Below are positions 43,783 through 55,518 of a stretch of DNA of 64,000 bases, in pieces. The DNA is from an uncultured Gemmatimonadaceae bacterium (GTDB taxonomy: Bacteria > Gemmatimonadota > Gemmatimonadetes > Gemmatimonadales > Gemmatimonadaceae). Location of the stretch: contig CAWHHI010000017.1 in NCBI GenBank assembly GCA_963829055.1, forward strand, positions 32,001 to 96,000, read 5' to 3'. A program made the position numbers and the translations under genes. How positions within the stretch are numbered: the first letter of the stretch is position 1; each line of letters begins with the position of its first letter. The notes under the pieces were generated by a model. It worked only from the letters and a program-made list of their open reading frames with translations. It was not told where the DNA came from and ran no database searches.

Positions 43783-46700
43783 ATGTTTCCACGCGAAGTA
43801 CGCACCACACTCATGACGATGGCGGCACTGGCTTGTCTGGTGCCGATCCGTTCCGTCATCGGCCAGCAGTCCGGCACCGTACGCGGACGCGTCACGGAAG
43901 CAGGCTCGCAGCGCCCGGTCTCCGACGTCCAGATGACTGTCGTAGGAACGAGCTTTGGGGCTTTGACCGGACAAAATGGCGAGTACACGATCACGAACGT
44001 TCCGGCCGGACCAGCGCTCGATTCGCGCGCGCCGACTGGGGTTCAATCCGCTCGACAAACCGGTCACGGTGACCGCGGGCTCCGCCGCAGCACTCGACTT
44101 CGCGCTCACGCAGTCGGCGACGCAGCTCGAGCAACTGATCGTCACCGGCACCGCCGGTGCCGCCGAACGGAAGACCATCGGCAACTCCGTTACGCAGCTG
44201 GACGTCGCCGACATCACGCAGAAGCAGGCCGTGCTCAACGTGAGCGAGGTGCTGCAGTCGAAGACGCCGGGCGTCACGATCCTGCCCGGTTCCGGCGCGC
44301 CGGGAACCGCGGGCGAGATCCGCATCCGCGGCTCCGCATCGATCAGCGGCTACAGGCCCGTCGTGTTCATCGACGGCATTCGCTACAGCATCGATGACCT
44401 CGGCAGCTTCGCGGCGACGGGCGGCGGCACGTTAGGGCTGGCGCAGTCGACGCAGGTCACGTCGGCGCTCAACTTCCTCAACCCGAACGACATCGAGTCG
44501 ATCGAGGTGATCAAGGGGCCAGCCGCGGCGACGCTCTACGGCGCCGAAGCGGCGAACGGCGTCATCCAGATCATCACGAAGAAGGGGACGCGCGGCCAGC
44601 AGAAGCTGCAGTTCGGCGTGAGAGGCGAGCGTGGCACGAACGACATGACGCTCGACCAGCCCACGAACTACACGACCTGCGATGCGACCAAGCGCGCGCA
44701 GCTCGAGACGGGATCGACGACGCAGCTATCATGGCCCGGCTGCCAGAACGTGGCGGATCGAACACGATCCTCACCGACAACCCGATCGCGCGCGATCCGC
44801 TCGCCGTGCGCAGCGGCGAGCTGTCGATCGTGCAGATGAACGTGCGCGGCGGCGGCGACCGCTACTCGTTCTATCTCTCGGGCGACCGGAGCGTCGAGCA
44901 GGGCGTGTTCTTCAACAGCGACAACAGTCAGAAGTCGGTCCGTACGAACTTCACCGTGAACCCTAACGAGAAGCTCGATTTCACGGTCAACGTGAACTGG
45001 CAGGATGGCCGGCTGCGCCTCCCGATCCAGGACGAGTCCGCGAACGGACTGCTCCTGAGCGGTTCGCGCGGACAGCCGGGTCACTTCCGGCCCCCGGCGA
45101 ATCAGGGGTGGCGCGAGATCGGGCCGACGGCCGCGAACCGCTACAAGAACTACACCGACTCCGACCGCCTCACACTTGGCGGCACGGCCAACTACAACCC
45201 CTTCTCCTGGTTCCACAATCGGGGGACCGTCGGCATCGACGACGACGCAGTCGCAGGCACAGTTGCTCTTCCTCCCCGGCGACATTGATCCGGCGCAGGA
45301 TCCGGATGCCGCCAGCGGCGCCAACCTTCGCAAGACGCCGAGTCGGCAAGTCGTGACGCTGGATTACTCGGGGAGCCTGCTCTTCCAGCCGCTCAAGTCC
45401 CTGCAGTCCACGACGTCGTTCGGGTCGCAGGTCGTCGCCGACAAGCTCGAACAGATCAGCGCCACCGGCATCGGCATCGGCGCGGTCGACGTGACGCGCG
45501 TCGATCTCCTGCAGCGTTCGACCGGCGGCGAGCTATTCAGCGAGAACAACTCGGTCGGGTACTACGTGCAGGAACAGGTCGGCCTGAACGATCGCCTCTT
45601 CCTCACTGGCGCCGTCCGCGCTGACGACCATTCGTCGTTCGGTAAGGATTTCGACATCGTCATCTACCCGAAGCTCTCGCTGGCCTACGTGGCTTCGGAA
45701 GAACCAGCGATCCGCGGTATTCTCGACGCGGCGCGGGTGAGCACGCTCAAGCTCCGCGGCGCATGGGGACAGGCGGGTCGTGCGCCAACGGCGTTCTCGG
45801 CGACCCAGACGTACACGGTGAGCCGCGTGACATTCGGCCACGACCACCGCCTCGGCGATCAACACGTCGATCTACGGCAACCCGAATCTCGAAGCCGAGC
45901 GCGGCTCCGAGATCGAGCTCGGGTTCGACGCCGGCGTGTTCAGCGAGCGGCTCGGCATCGACTTCACGTACTACAACAAGACGACCTCGAAGATGTTGCA
46001 GGCGGTGTCGATCGCACCGTCGACGGGGTTCATCGGGACGCGGCTCGCCAATCTCGGTGAGGTGACGAACAAGGGCATCGAGCTCTCAGTGTTCGGTGCA
46101 CCGGTGCAGCTCAAGAACTTCGGTTGGGACATGCGAGTCAACGTCGCGACGAACGCGAACAAGCTGACCAGCTTCGGCGTCGTCGGAAAGACGGTGGACA
46201 CCCCAACCGGTCAGCCGTTCGCCACGGTGCAGCAGCACCGACCCGGCTACCCGTTAGGCGGGTACTGGGTCACGCCGCCACAGCGCGCCGCGGACGGGTC
46301 GCCGATCATCGTCAACGGTGCGCCGGTGTACAACGCCGGCGATACCGCGCGCCGCTACATCGGCCCGTCCACACCAACGCGCGAGGTCGGGTTCTCGAAC
46401 ACGTTCAGCCTGTTCCGATACATCCGCGTGTATACGCTGCTCGACTACAAGGGCGGCCACTACATCTTCAACCAGAAGGAGCGGAGTCGCTGTCAGGCGG
46501 CGAACGACAACTGCGCCGCGAACAACGACCCGCGCGCGCGGTTCCCGGTGACGGCGGCCGACACGATCCTGTCCAAGGAGCTCATTCTCCGTCGTGTGGC
46601 AAACGTGTCGCCCGAGTGGATCCAGAAGGCGGACTTCGTGAAGTTGCGCGAGGTCTCGCTGACCGTGGATGTGCCGTCGCAGTGGATGCGACGCACCGGC

Positions 46701-46871
46701 GCCTCGTCAGCCAGCTTCGTGTTGTCCGGACGCAACCTCGCGATCTGGAGCGACTACGATGGCGTGGACCCCGAGGTGAACTCGTACGGCGGACGCAACT
46801 TCGTACGTATCGATGCGTACGCGCTGCCAATGGTCCGTCGGATGTCCGTCGGTTTCAACCTCCAATATTGA
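43783..46871 (+). CDS. susC: SusC/RagA-family TonB-dependent outer membrane receptor; frameshifted
   Basis: Carboxypeptidase-regulatory-like N-domain; LNPNDIESIEVIKGPAAATLYGAEAANGVIQIITKKG; ADFVKLREVSL; GVDPE. Confidence 0.95.
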
Positions 46872-46872
46872 C

Positions 46873-48249
46873 ATGAGCGAGCCGACACCTATGACGCATC
46901 CATTCTCGAAAACCGACCGGCTTGCGCGCCTGACGTCGCTGGGGGCCCTCGCCCTCGCGCTCGGCACCGCCGTTGCCTGCGAGAATTTCCTCACCGCCGA
47001 GAACCCCGGCGCCGTCGAGGCCGAAGACCTGAATGACCCGTCGTACGCGGGACTCATCGGCGCCGGGCCCATCTTCGCTTTTCAGGATTCGTGGGACGAC
47101 ATCACGTACTGGAACGGACAGCTCACCGACGAGATCATCAACCGGAACGGCCCGAACCCGTTCATCGAGGAAGGGCAGATCGACCGACGTGAGCTGTACT
47201 CGGATATGACGTACATCCCGGCGTTCATCTACTCGCCGGTCCAGCGCGCCCGGTTCCTCGCGGAGGACGCGGTTCGACGACTGACGGTGATTCTTGGCGA
47301 CACCGTCGGACGTGATCTGCGCGTTGCACGAGCGCTGGCGTACGGCGGGTATACGTACATCGGCCTCGGCGAGATGATGTGCACGACACCGATCGACCGC
47401 GGTGTGCCGAAGTCGTGGGAGGAGATGATGACGGATGCCGTGACGAAGTTCGACTCGGCAGTCGTGATCGCGAACGCCGCGAAGGCATACTACGCCACGC
47501 TGACGCCGGCGCAGCCTAACGCCATCCTCGCGGCGGACTCGGTGATCAACTTCGCGCGCGTGGGGGCGGCGCGGGCGTCGTTGAACAAGAACGACAAGGC
47601 GAAAGCAACGACGTACGCGCAGCTCGTGCCGGCCGCCTTCGTGTTCAATGCGTACTACACCGACAACACGACCGGGCAGATCCATCGCACCTACAACCGC
47701 ATCGGGACCGGCAACGGCGTCGGGACGCTAGGCGGAACCCCGTTCGAAGCGATGGCGGCGGACCCTCGCGTTCCGCGGGCCACGACGCCGGCGGCTCGCG
47801 CTGGCACGCCGCTCTCGCCACCATCGTACAGCTCGTTCAACAACACCGTCGCTGGCGCGAACTTCACGCCCGTAACGGCGGTGCGCGTCGCGTCGGGTCT
47901 CGAGGCGCGGTACATCATCGCTGAAGCAGCGGGTCCGACGGCGGCAACGTTGGCGTTCGTGAACGAGCGCCGCGCGGCAGGCCTGCAGACGCCGACGGCG
48001 GTCACGGGCGATGCGCTGATGGCCGAGCTGCGCGACCAGAAGTCGCGCGACTTCTATCTCGACAACCACCGGCTCGGCGACCTGCGCCGGTACAAGAAGT
48101 ACTACACCGTCGATCTGTTCCCGAAGGGTCCGTACCCTGGCTCGACGACGGGACAGGTCTACAACGAAACGATCGACTGCTGGCCGCTTCCGACGAACGA
48201 GATCAACGACAATCCGAATATTCCGCAGAGTAGCGGAAATCGGGAATAA
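46873..48249 (+). CDS. susD: SusD/RagB-family lipoprotein
   Basis: Lipobox AVAC; EARYIIAEA, VNERR, DFYLDNHRLGDLRR, WPLPTNEINDNPN; directly after susC. Confidence 0.92.
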   Translation: MSEPTPMTHPFSKTDRLARLTSLGALALALGTAVACENFLTAENPGAVEAEDLNDPSYAGLIGAGPIFAFQDSWDDITYWNGQLTDEIINRNGPNPFIEEGQIDRRELYSDMTYIPAFIYSPVQRARFLAEDAVRRLTVILGDTVGRDLRVARALAYGGYTYIGLGEMMCTTPIDRGVPKSWEEMMTDAVTKFDSAVVIANAAKAYYATLTPAQPNAILAADSVINFARVGAARASLNKNDKAKATTYAQLVPAAFVFNAYYTDNTTGQIHRTYNRIGTGNGVGTLGGTPFEAMAADPRVPRATTPAARAGTPLSPPSYSSFNNTVAGANFTPVTAVRVASGLEARYIIAEAAGPTAATLAFVNERRAAGLQTPTAVTGDALMAELRDQKSRDFYLDNHRLGDLRRYKKYYTVDLFPKGPYPGSTTGQVYNETIDCWPLPTNEINDNPNIPQSSGNRE

Positions 48250-48484
48250 ACGGCAGCTGGTACGCTGGTCGCTCGTGCTTGTAGCTGGTCGGAACAGCAG
48301 ACCCCGGGATGCCTATTCGCGGCAGTCCCGGGGCTCATGCTCTGGAACAGGATCCGGCACGGGCCGTCGTAACGCATTGGTTCGGCGCCGTCCAGTCGGA
48401 CCAGGCGGCATTGGCGCCCGGGAACGGTTGAGCGGAGATTATCCGGCGACGGGTGGCCGCCGGCGCAGTCACATGCCGACCATC

Positions 48485-48520
48485 GATTCCCGATTCCGAT
48501 TCCCTATTCCCGATTCCCGA
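48485..48520. repeat. Short heptamer tandem array (CGATTCC)
   Basis: CGATTCCCGATTCCGATTCCCTATTCCCGATTCCCGA. Confidence 0.8.
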
Positions 48521-48522
48521 CG

Positions 48523-49224
48523 ATGTATCGACAGCTCGACGACGACCGCATCATCGAGACACTGGAGCGCCTCCGCGACCGAATCATGGAGCGATTTCCG
48601 GCGTCGAGCCTTGCGCGCGTGAGCGAGGAGCTCCTCTCGATCGCTCACGAGTCCGCCTCGCACGTCGCCTATCTGGCGAAGCCGAGCTGGCCGGTTCGCG
48701 TGAGCGTGGGAATCGCGATCATCGCAATGGTCGCGGTCCTCGGCGCGGCGGCCTCACAGATTCGAGTGAGCGGTGGATCGGCGGGTTGGACGGACATCGT
48801 GCAGGGTGTGGAAGCGGCCATCAACGACGTGGTCTTCCTCGGCATCGCGGTCTTCTTCATGCTGACGATCGAGACGCGACTCAAACGCCGCCGCGCGCTC
48901 CGGGCGCTGCATCAGCTGCGGAGCATTGCGCACGTCGTGGACATGCACCAGCTCACGAAGGACCCGGAGCAGTTGGTCTCGAACCCGCCGGCGACGGCCT
49001 CGTCGCCGACGCGCACGATGACCCGCGGCGAGCTCGGACGCTATCTCGACTACTGCAGTGAGCTGCTGTCGGTGACGAGCAAGATCGCGGCGCTGTTCGT
49101 CGAGCGGTTCGACGATCCGGTCACGTTAGGCGCGGTGAACGAGATCGAGTCGTTGACGGCGGGACTGTCGAGAAAGATCTGGCAGAAGATCAGCATGCTG
49201 AACGGAGCATCGAGCGTCGGATAG
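48523..49224 (+). CDS. Hypothetical two-TM membrane protein
   Basis: Intact 233 aa ORF; LHQLRSIAHVVDMHQLTKDP, RYLDYCSELL, LSRKIWQKI. Confidence 0.88.
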   Translation: MYRQLDDDRIIETLERLRDRIMERFPASSLARVSEELLSIAHESASHVAYLAKPSWPVRVSVGIAIIAMVAVLGAAASQIRVSGGSAGWTDIVQGVEAAINDVVFLGIAVFFMLTIETRLKRRRALRALHQLRSIAHVVDMHQLTKDPEQLVSNPPATASSPTRTMTRGELGRYLDYCSELLSVTSKIAALFVERFDDPVTLGAVNEIESLTAGLSRKIWQKISMLNGASSVG

Positions 49225-49410
49225 ATGCAGCAGCTGCACGCTGCTTTGCCGACGGCTGCATGCTGCGGCCGCACGCTGCCCGCTGCTGCTATTAGCACCC
49301 GAACGACCCACGCGCTGCTCGCTGCACGCAGCGGCGCACCCAGCGTCACCCAGCACACCAGCACGAGCCACCCAGCAACCAGCCGCAGTTCCCCGTTCCC
49401 CCGTTCCCGC
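49225..49410 (+). repeat. Intergenic repeat, family D, copy 3
   Basis: 30-nt and 20-nt identity blocks with 14728-14912; ends in TTCCCCG heptamers. Confidence 0.85.
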
Positions 49411-51670
49411 CTAGCGAGTCACTCTCACCACCGGACGAACGAGCTTCACCCCCGATCGCGCGTCAGGCGTCGCCGGCGCCGCCGCCGCGGCGAGCATTGC
49501 CTCATCGCTCGGCACCTGGCCGTCCACGCGCCACTGCCAGACATAGCGGCCCTCGACCAGCGGCAATTCCACCAGCCACACATCGCCCGTCCGCGTCGCG
49601 GGCACCGGCTTGGCCGAGACGTTGCCGGTCAACTCGACGACCTTCGCGTCAGGCACCGCGGAAGCCGGAAGCTCGAACCGGACCACCTCGCCGAGGTATC
49701 GCTGCAGCAGGAAAAAATGATCGGGGTCGACGCGCGCATCGGTCACCGAGCCCAGGTCCGCGACGCGCACCGTGTCCGCGCGATGCGTGAGGTGCACCGA
49801 CCGCTTCACCGTCCCGGTGGCTGTCGTGAGGACGAGGTCGAGCGGAAGATCGAACACCACATCCGGCTGGCTTCTGCGTCACGATCACGCGATCGCCATC
49901 GACTCGCGCTTCGACGTCCGGGATGTACTTGCCGCTGAGCCAGGGGAGAATGAACGGCGTCATGTCCCGGCCCGCCGCTCGCGACATTGCCGCGATGAAT
50001 TCCTCGTAGCCGGCCGCGCGGCCCTGACGCCGGATCGCGATGTAGTCGCGCATCCCGCGGTCGAATGTCGCGGCGCCTAACGTGCGTTCCAGCGACCGGA
50101 ACACCCATGAGCCCTTCACGTAGTGAATGCGCCCATTGTCCGGGTTTCCTAAAATGCTCTGGCGTCCCTCGAACCCCGTCAGCCCCGAACGATCCTGACC
50201 CGCCGCGTATGACGTGCGCTGACGCTCCCAGAACGCCCGCTCCACATCCTTGCCATAGACGTCGCCGAGTACGGTGCCTTCCGCGAACGTGGCCCAGCCT
50301 TCCTGCAGCATGTTCGCCGCGAAGCCACTCGCGTTCATCGTCCACCCGTGCGAGATCTCGTGCGCGAGCACGTAGGACGGACCGAGCAGAACGTCGTCGA
50401 GAAACCTGGCGCCGGAACCGCCAGTCACGGCGTTGTTCATGCGCACCGAGAAGCCGCCGCGACCGAGCGCGCGATTCGCGATGATCGCCAGATACCGCGT
50501 CGGTGCCTGCGGCTCGCCGAACCGCCGCCCCAACACCCGATACACGCGCTCGGCGACCTTCGTGAGTGAGTCGTGCGTGAAGCGAAAGTCCGACGGGAGA
50601 AACGTCTCCACGCGTACCGGACCAACCGGCGTAGCGATCGTCGAAGACTCCACCCGCCAATCACGATCGTACGCCAGCGCGAGCAGGAACTGCGGGTGCA
50701 TGCTTCGAGCAACGACCGTGCGCACACCGTTCGCGACCGATTCGGTCTGCGGCACGCTCGTCGTTAGGCGATACGCCGCCGGAATGGTGATCGTCGCGCC
50801 GAGCTGAGCGAAGCTGTTGCCGCTGTCATACCCGAAGAACGGGAGCCAGGCATTGGTATTGTGGTATGCACCGAACGCGGGCACGGCGGGCGTCGTATCG
50901 CGCGGCGTCGCAGCGGAGTCACGCGCGGGCCTCGGCGCGTCCGGTCGGCTCTCGACGAGCGAGTACCGCATGACGAGCCTCGCGCCTCGCTTCGGCTTCG
51001 CGTCGAACCAGAAGACGCCGCCGCCGACCGTGTACACGACGGGTCGTCCATCGAGCGTCATCGACGCGATTCGCGCGGCGGTATTGAATCGCGCGACGAA
51101 ACCGTACGGGCTGCCAATGTCGAGCGTCAGCGTGTCGACGGCGTCGAGTCCCTGCCCCGGCGTGACGTTCGCATGCACGGTCTGCGCGCGGATGAAGTTC
51201 AGCGTATCGAGCGGGATCTGCCGCCCGAGCACCCACCTGTCCGCCGTCTTCGTCGCCTCGTACAGCCCAGAGAAGCGACGGACGCGGTTCGTCTCGTCGC
51301 TCCCGGCCGCGGCGTCGAGCGGCATCGGTCGCTCGCGTGCCGGGTACACGGTGCCGGCGAGCAGCAGCACCGCGCGCTCGGGTCCCTGCCAGATCACGCG
51401 CTGGATGTCCCCTCGCCTGAGCGAGCGCTGCTGCCCGGCGGACCGCACGACGTCACGGCCGAGCGGGTCGACGTACACGCTGTCGAACGCGTCGGGCGAT
51501 GCGCTCGCGAACCGAGCCATCACGAGGTGCGCGAGCGAGTCCGGCGTTGGGGCACCGAGCGTCGCCGCGGTCTGCGCCCGTGCTGGCCGCGCGGCCGCGG
51601 ACAACGCGACGAGCGGCGCGAGAATCGCTAGCACGCAGGCGATAAGTGTGGCCGAGCGTATGGCCTTCAT
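49411..51670 (-). CDS. Exported M1-family (gluzincin) metallopeptidase with C-terminal CBM48/E-set-like domain; frameshift near 49870
   Basis: Signal peptide; LAHEISHGW...LQEGWATF; YVKGSW; tail AKVVELTGNV...WLVELPLVEGRYVWQWRVDG. Confidence 0.88.
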
Positions 51671-51791
51671 TGAGTACACGATTGGTGACAACCTTCCAGG
51701 GTCCGACGCGTCAGGCGAGCGGGCGCTGCAGTATAGCACGCGCTGAAGCACGCGCCACGCAGGCTGTTTCTACTACCACGAACTGTTCGAG

Positions 51792-52766
51792 ATGACCGAT
51801 CGCATGACGGACCGCGCGGACAGCAGTAAACCCGAGACCGGCTCGAACGTCGCGATCTACGCGTCCATAGTGGCGAACGTCGCCATTGCCGCAACGAAGC
51901 TGACCGCGGCCACGATGAGTGGCAGTTCGGCCATGGTTGCCGAAGGTATGCACTCGCTCGTTGATGCCTCGGACGGCACGCTCCTGCTGATCGGCCGGCG
52001 TCGTAGCCTGAAGCCGGCGGACGCGTCGCATCCATTCGGATACGGCAAGGAGCTGTACTTCTGGACGCTCATCGTGGCGGTCGTGTTCTTCGCCGTCGGC
52101 GGCGGGATGTCCGTGTACGAGGGCATTCTCCACATCCTCCATCCCGAGCCGATCAGCGACCCGACGCTGAACTACATCGTGCTCGGCGTCGCCGCGCTGT
52201 TCGACGGCACGTCGTTCGTCATCGCGCTACGCACGCTGCGACGCGAGGCACCCGGGCAGAGCGTGATGCACGTCGTGAGGCACGGGAAGGACCCGGCGCT
52301 GTTCACCGTCGTGCTGGAGGACTTCGCGGACCTGGCGGGGCTCGCGTTCGCGTTCCTCGGCGTGTGGCTTGGACACTACTTCGCGAATCCCTATCTCGAT
52401 GGCGTCGCATCGATCGCGATTGGGCTGCTGCTGGCGGCCGTGGCGCTCGTGCTCGTCGCCCAGAGCCGCTCGCTGCTCATCGGGTCGCGCGCGAGCGGCG
52501 ACGTCCTCCGCGCCGTGAACGAGGCGGCCGAGGCGGACCCGAACATCGAGTTCGCCGATTGTCCGTTGAGCATGCAGCTCGGGCCTAACGAGGTACTCCT
52601 CGGCGTGAAGGCCCGGTTCGCACCGCATCTCTCGCGCGCCGAGATTGGCGCGTCGATTCGTGGGTTCGAGGATCGGCTGCGCGCCGCTCGCCCCGAGGTC
52701 CGGTACATATCCGTGGAGCCGGTCGCCGCGACGGATGCGTCGCGGCCTCCCGTCCTTGCGCGCTGA
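51792..52766 (+). CDS. Cation diffusion facilitator (CDF) transporter
   Basis: SGSSAMVAEGMHSLVD, HPFGYGKELYFW, LEDFAD. Confidence 0.95.
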   Translation: MTDRMTDRADSSKPETGSNVAIYASIVANVAIAATKLTAATMSGSSAMVAEGMHSLVDASDGTLLLIGRRRSLKPADASHPFGYGKELYFWTLIVAVVFFAVGGGMSVYEGILHILHPEPISDPTLNYIVLGVAALFDGTSFVIALRTLRREAPGQSVMHVVRHGKDPALFTVVLEDFADLAGLAFAFLGVWLGHYFANPYLDGVASIAIGLLLAAVALVLVAQSRSLLIGSRASGDVLRAVNEAAEADPNIEFADCPLSMQLGPNEVLLGVKARFAPHLSRAEIGASIRGFEDRLRAARPEVRYISVEPVAATDASRPPVLAR

Positions 52767-52840
52767 ACACGCCTCGACGCACGTTCCGCGATTCGACGGA
52801 CCAGTGATTCGCGGAGGCTCGTGATGAGCAGGGCAGTGTC

Positions 52841-54233
52841 ATGGCGATGAAGCGAGTGAAAGCCGAGGAAGATGCGGAGATCATCACGGTCGACGGCCGA
52901 GAGGTCCGCGTCACGCATCCCGACAAGCCGTACTTCTCGCGCGAGGTCACGCTCTCGAAGCTCGACCTCGTTCGGTACTACCTCTCCGTCGCGCCGGGCG
53001 CGGTCGCCGGAATTCGCGATCGCCCCGTCGTGCTCAAGCGATTCGTGAACGGCGCGGAGAGCCCGCCGTTCTACCAGAAGCGTGCGCCGGAAGGCCGGCC
53101 GACGTGGCTGCGGACGGTCACGCTGTCGTTTCCATCAGGACGTACGGCGGAAGAGATCGTCGTCGACGACGCGGCCGGTCTGGCGTGGATCGTCAACCTC
53201 GGCTGCCTCGAGCTGCATCCGCACGCGGTGCGCACGGGCGACCTCGATCATCCGGACGAGCTGCGCATCGATCTCGATCCCGGGCCCGGGCGTTTCGTGG
53301 GACGACGTGCGTCGCGTCGCGATGGAAGCGAAGGGGCTGCTCGAGGAGCTGGGGCTGCGCGGCTGGCCGAAGACGAGCGGCTCGCGCGGCATGCACATGA
53401 ACGTGCGCATTGAACCGCACTGGACGTTCACCGAGGTGCGCCGCGCCGCGCTCGCGTTCTCGCGCGAGATCGAGCGGCGCGCGCCGGCGCTCGCGACGTC
53501 GAAGTGGTGGAAGGAGGAGCGGCGCGGCGTGTTCCTCGACTACAACCAGAACGCGAAGGACCGCACGACCTGCTCGGCCTACTCGGTGCGTCCGCTGCCT
53601 GACGCGCGCGTGTCGGCGCCACTCGAATGGTCGGAGATCCCCGAGTGCGATCCGGCGGACTTCAACACGCTGCACGATGCCGGCGCGGCTGGCGAAGATC
53701 GGCGATCCGCACGCGGGCATGGATGACGCGGCGGGCTCGCTGGACGCGATTGCTCGAGCTCGCGGCACGCGACGAGGCGGCGGGACTCGGCGACGCGCCC
53801 TGGCCGCCGCACTTCCAGAAGATGGATGGCGAGGCGACGCGCGTAGCGCCGTCACGCGCGAAGGGTGCCGCGAAGAAGAAGACGGCTGCGGCTCCGCGCG
53901 CGAAGATGCCGCTCATCGTCGTCGCGAACTCGCCGGACAAGGACGCGGCGCTGGCGGGGCTCGAGCGGTGGAAGGCGAAGCACCCGGACGTCGCGGCGCA
54001 CCTCGCCGCCGGACGACGTGCTGGTCGATTCGATGCGCGGCCGGTCGTCGACGTGGACGCGCATTCGCGTGAACCTGCGCAACGTTCCGGAGGCGGACCG
54101 CCCACCGCAGGAAACGCCGGATCCGGATGACGATCCGACGCGCGAGTGGCGTGAGGCTATGCTGCGTGCCAAGAAAAGCAGGCCGGCATCTCAGAAGAAG
54201 GGGCAAACGGATGCCGCGGATCTGTCGGATTGA
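52841..54233 (+). CDS. Stand-alone LigD-type primase-polymerase (AEP) with C-terminal extension; frameshifted
   Basis: THPDKPYF, KRFVNG..FYQKR, PDELRIDLDP, KTSGSRGMH, KWWKEERRGVFLDYNQN. Confidence 0.93.
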
Positions 54234-54240
54234 CTCAGGT

Positions 54241-54355
54241 GTCATCCCGAGGAGCGCGAGCGACGAGGGACCTTCTGTGATGGCATCGTAGCTGGTCTGG
54301 CCACGAGTAACTCACAGAAGATCCCTCGCTGACGCTCGCTGACGCTCGGGATGAC
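54241..54355. repeat. REP-like palindromic element, family A
   Basis: GTCATCCCGAG..GAGGGACCTTCTGTGA..TCACAGAAGATCCCTC..CTCGGGATGAC. Confidence 0.9.
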
Positions 54356-54364
54356 ATTGCTCCA

Positions 54365-55452
54365 TCAACGCCCTCGGCGAAGATCTCCGCCAGCTCGTGC
54401 GGCGCGACGACCTCGAGCTGCGCGAACGTGCAATCGCTCGGGCGCTTGTCGGTGCGCCAGCGACGGAACTGCGCCGTGTGCCGGAAGCGGCCGCCCTGCA
54501 TGTGGTCGTACGCCACCTCGACCACGAGCTCCGGGCGCAGCGGCTCCCACGAGAGATCCTTGCCCTGGCTCCAGCGGCTCAGCGCGCCCGGCCGACGCTG
54601 CGTCGCGGCGGTCGCCGGCTCCGCCTCCGCCCACGCGCGCCACGGGTGATCGTCGAGCGCGTTCTCGCGATAGGGCTCGAGGAACGTGACGAGCTCCCGC
54701 CGCTTCGCCGCCGTGAAGCTCGCGCAGACGCCGACGTGCTCGAGGTTGCCGCTGTCGTCGTAGAGGCCGAGCAGCAGCGAGCCTAACGCGACGCCTTCTC
54801 CGTTCTTGTGCCAGCGGAAGCCGGCCACGACACAATCGCAGTCGCGCTCGTGCTTCACCTTGAGCATCACGCGCTTGTTCGGCTCGTAGGTGCCGTTCGG
54901 CGCCTTCGCGATGACGCCGTCGAGCCCCGCGCCCTCGAAGCGCTTGAACCAGTCGGCGCCGACGACGCGGTCGCGCGTCGCCGGCGTGAGGTGGAGCGGC
55001 GGGGCCGCGTTCGCGAGGATCGACTCGAGCGCGGCGCGGCGTTCGCGAAAGGGCGTCGTCGCAGAGGTTGCGGTCGCCCTCGCACAGCAGGTCGAAGAAC
55101 ACGATCGACGCCGGCGATCTCCGTCGCCAGCATCTTCACGCGTGACGCCGCCGGGTGCAGGCGCAACTGCAGCGCCTCGAAGTCGAGCCCGCCCGTCTCG
55201 GGCGATGACGATCTCGCCGTCGAGCACGCAGCGCTCGGGCAGCTGCGCCTTCAGCGGCTCGACCAGCTCCGGGAAGTAGCGATCGAGCGGCTTCTCATCG
55301 CGGCTCTGGATGAACAGCTCGTCGCCATCGCGGAAGACGAGCGTGCGGAAGCCGTCCCACTTCGGCTCGAAGATCCACCCTTCGCCGGGTGGAAGCTCGC
55401 TCACGCGCTTGGCGAGCATCGGCAGCACGGGCGGATTGACGACGAGATTCAT
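54365..55452 (-). CDS. ligC: ATP-dependent DNA ligase, LigC type; frameshifted
   Basis: EPKWDGFR, LDGEIV, FFDLL, EGAGLDGVIAK, GFRWHK, SRWSQGKDLSW, RFRHTAQF. Confidence 0.93.
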
Positions 55453-55518
55453 GCCCCATGGTAAACCGGCGACGGCCGCTACGGAACACCATCGCCAGGT
55501 CCCGGCATCAACCCAGGG

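Noticed and set aside
52841..55452. Classical NHEJ (Ku-LigD) locus
   Set aside because: No Ku, no phosphoesterase domain, and the ligase has LigC-type motifs
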